Source: Zygnema circumcarinatum SAG 698-1b | Lineage: Eukaryota > Plantae > Zygnematophyceae | Direction of reading: 5' to 3' | DNA length: 64,000 nucleotides | Assembly (NCBI GenBank): GCA_037447605.1 | Contig: CM074805.1 | Location: forward strand, 2,761,361 to 2,825,360 | Shown here: piece by piece, positions 60,966 to 64,000 of the stretch | Position numbering within the stretch: the stretch's first letter is position 1 | How the letters are laid out: each line of letters starts with the position of its first letter | Position numbers and translations under genes: made by a program | The notes under the pieces: generated by a model | Database searches by the model: none | What the model saw: the letters and a program-made list of their open reading frames with translations, nothing else | Told to the model about the DNA's origin: nothing

Positions 60966-62836
60966 TCCATATTGCCGATATTTGCCAATATTTGCAGATG
61001 TTTTAAGCCTATGCAAATAGTGTCCGAATACCACACTTAAACAGCGTTTAAAAAAGGAAACGAATGTGACTACGGTGCACGCAAATGCGCTCATTCTCAC
61101 ATCTCCACCACAATAATAGCTCAGAATTCGCTATCGTATGCGTCGCCGAACAAGATTGGCTACAGTACACCATTCAAGGCACAGCGATACCGTACTTCCA
61201 AGCGGCCAGCGCCTGCCTGACTCGCCTGACCGCACGAGCATCTCCGCCGGCCTCCCCTCCCCCCCCCTGGCGAGGGCGGGCCTGCTTCGTCGCCCTTCGA
61301 CGTCCGCCCGCCCGCCCGATGGGGCTCATGGTCCATCCGCGGACCATCTTTCAACCAACGCTACACGCCACGTGGCGTGCCTATGATTGGCCTGTCGCTA
61401 GGCCCGAATCACACGAGTGCCACGTGGTCGCCGCCCATAGGCCGACGGGCCCCGTCGGGGACAAGCGCACCCCCGCCCCCGCCGGTTCGGAAACAGCAAA
61501 AAGCGGCCGCATGGACCATCGCGCCGTACGGCCCGCCAACGGGCGGGGGCGCATCAAGGACCGTACCGTACCGTTCCGTACGGCGGGGCGGGTGCGCGCA
61601 GCGAGGGAAGGTTCCCGCCCGCGTGGCCGCGACGTCGCCGGGCAGCTCAGCCGAGATCCACCGGGTCCACCTCGCCGCCGCCCAGCAGCGCCAAGATCAA
61701 GCAGGTCAAGCCGCCACGTGGACTGCATGGAGCAGATCCCCTGTTGTGGCATCGCGAGGTGCAGCGGAAGTGGAATCGGAGGAGCAGCCTCGGGCGGGCT
61801 TGCTCTCGCTCGCATCAGCGCAGCCGAGGAAGCTGGCTGCAGGCGGATTAGGGTTGGAAGCGGCTCGCTCGAGCGGGGCGGGAGGGAAGGAGAGAGGGAG
61901 AAGGCGGTGGCAGCGGGAAGGAGGCGGCCTATACTGTGGTGGTGGGCAACTCGCGGATCTCATCGGTGAGCGCAGGAGGATACAGACAAGGGAGGTGCTC
62001 GGGTGACACGTGGCAACCAGGTTGTTGAAGGAGGCCACGGGTGCTCATCGCGCTGTATGAAGGTGCAGACGAAGACTGATATGGGTGGAGGGGAGCATCT
62101 TTGTTGCACCGTGTTGGGTGGGGTACTGGCAATTAGTGCTACTCAGTGTTGCTTGGGTGTGGAGGCCCTCTTTTGGAACAAGGAAATGTAGTGCCGGGGA
62201 ATGTGAGAAAAAATATAATCTGCAAGGGAATGGAGCTTTTGCGGGTTGGAGGGGGGTTGTGAATGTCTTCATCATCAACTTGCTTTGTCTTATTTTGCAG
62301 TAGGAGCAGGAAGCTGTGACTCGTATGTGCGCAATTTTTAATGAAGAATACACGCGTTCTCGCTAAATATGCATCGCAGTTTATCTGTTTAGAAGAAAGT
62401 ACAGCTGCATTTCGTCAGAATACTGGCTAATTGATTGTATTTGTAGGTACTACTAGACGGAGTTGGCATTCTTGTTATTGTTTTAGACATTCGTTGGCTA
62501 TAGACGAGTGATCTTGGCTGGTTGGAATACAGGTTATTATAGTTCGTTTCTCTCGAAATTATTTGATATGAACGTATCTGTGTATAGCGCCATGTAAAAT
62601 GAAATATTCGCTGACTTGAACCTTCTAAACTCTTTGCAGGCACTTGGAGTTCATTCGGTGCAACGAGTAAAACTGTGTCAAGTTTACCTCTTCAACATAT
62701 CCGCTAGGTGGGATCATGTCAAGCACCTTTCAGCAGCTTTGCGAAGAGGTGGCGCTGTTAAAGGTGCTCGGCATGTAGATGCGTAATTTTCTTTCAGGGT
62801 AGGCAGTGTAGTAACTTACCATTGGAGCTCGTCCCG

Positions 62837-64000
62837 ATGAAACCGCCAACTTCTACGCCAGGCGAATTCGCAGAGATTAATCCCCTTTCCCGTAGGCTTC
62901 CTGCCGACTACAGAATGGGCTTCCCTTCTCAGGGTTTGCAGAATGGTAGCCAGGACATGATCGATTTTCAGGATTATTTGGAGGGCAATAATCTGGACTC
63001 TTCAGCAGTACTGGCTCCAGCACCAAGCATGCCTGGGGGTACTGTAGCCGTAGACATTCCCGTGAGGAGCAGGTTTGGTAATAGAGGACGTCCATACGGC
63101 CAGGACAGATTGCAGGGAGGAGCCTTGTCAGAATCTGAAGAAAGTAGACAGTCCCAGGGTGAATGCGTAGGCCCCGGGATAGGGTTTGATTTGCGGGCGT
63201 CTGTGACAGAAGGTACTGTGAGGGGGGGTGTTGCTGATCCCCCTTCACGGGGAATTGTAGAGGAACAAGGGAGCCCTACGAGCTTGCTGCAAAGGGCCCC
63301 AAATGTGAGATTGTGGGAGAATGCAGCTTGGAGCAGAGCCGCTGTAGGTTCCTGGCCCTCAAGTCATGTCCAGATGACCAATTCAACCCGTGATTTGCAA
63401 GGTAAGGAGGTGTCATTATTAACCCTCCCGGGTGCCTCTCGTGAAACAGCCCACGTAGAGGTAAATTGGGCTCTTGTTGAGCTGATGTTTCGAATGGAGA
63501 CTTAAACAGAAAACATGCATCGTTCGTGTCAGGTCTGCCTAGATTCGGTAAGTTCATGGAGAGAGCTTTAAGTTGTAGTTGCGTGAGGAGTTTTTCTGGA
63601 ATTGGATAGGTCAGGACTCTGAGTATACAGGACGTTAGGACTGTGATTGGGCATTTGGAGGAGAGGAAATGATCAGTTTGCCGAGCTTAAAGAATACCGG
63701 TTACATAAAAAAGCCTGCATAGCCGATTCGGGTATGGTTGTAGGCGGGAATATCGGATATCTGAGTCAAACCTATGCGAGGGGAGTTTTGCATCAAACTG
63801 AATCAGGCATGCTATATGCCACCATTTATGTCACATTGTCACCAACCATGATTCTACTTGTTGGAGTGAATTTGCCGCAGGATCTGTAAAGAGACACAAG
63901 GTGACTTTGAATGATGACGAGGAGCCTTCTGGACAGGTGCCAGTTCTCCACGCTGCTGGAGGCTTGGAATCGAACAGTCGTGAAGAGAACTTTGGTGCTT
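62837..64000 (+). CDS. 5' part of an unidentified gene continuing beyond the window
   Basis: Exon 62837-63401 (GTAAG donor, phase 1) joins in frame to an exon from 63881 that stays open to the window end. Low-complexity, no domain recognised. Confidence 0.5.

Overview
Intron-rich, gapped eukaryotic draft sequence from a green plant. A streptophyte alga is my best inference from gene content; the species cannot be fixed from the sequence. About 0.3-10.1 kb is a fragmented, nested Ty3/gypsy cluster broken by N gaps. It contains a complete 443-bp TRIM (130-bp LTRs, tRNA-iMet PBS, PPT, 5-bp TSD) whose LTRs carry a tRNA-like Pol III module, and a second tRNA-like LTR family with the same 15-bp start lying next to gypsy pol fragments. 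About 10-19.5 kb holds DNA-transposon-like elements: a deleted MULE, a hAT-like MITE, and a ~4.8-kb TIR-bounded mirror structure carrying three tRNA-Cys-like cloverleaves with a 6-nt anticodon loop. The rest is gene space: a tandem two-domain TBL/PC-esterase whose first domain has lost its catalytic residues, ALWAYS EARLY (LIN-9), MTB/METTL14, UDP-arabinose 4-epimerase, histone H3.3, KXD1, and three unidentified genes, with MITEs and minisatellites in introns, UTRs and promoters. The most interesting theme is repeated capture of tRNA-like modules by three different mobile-element contexts. All calls were made by eye, without searches.
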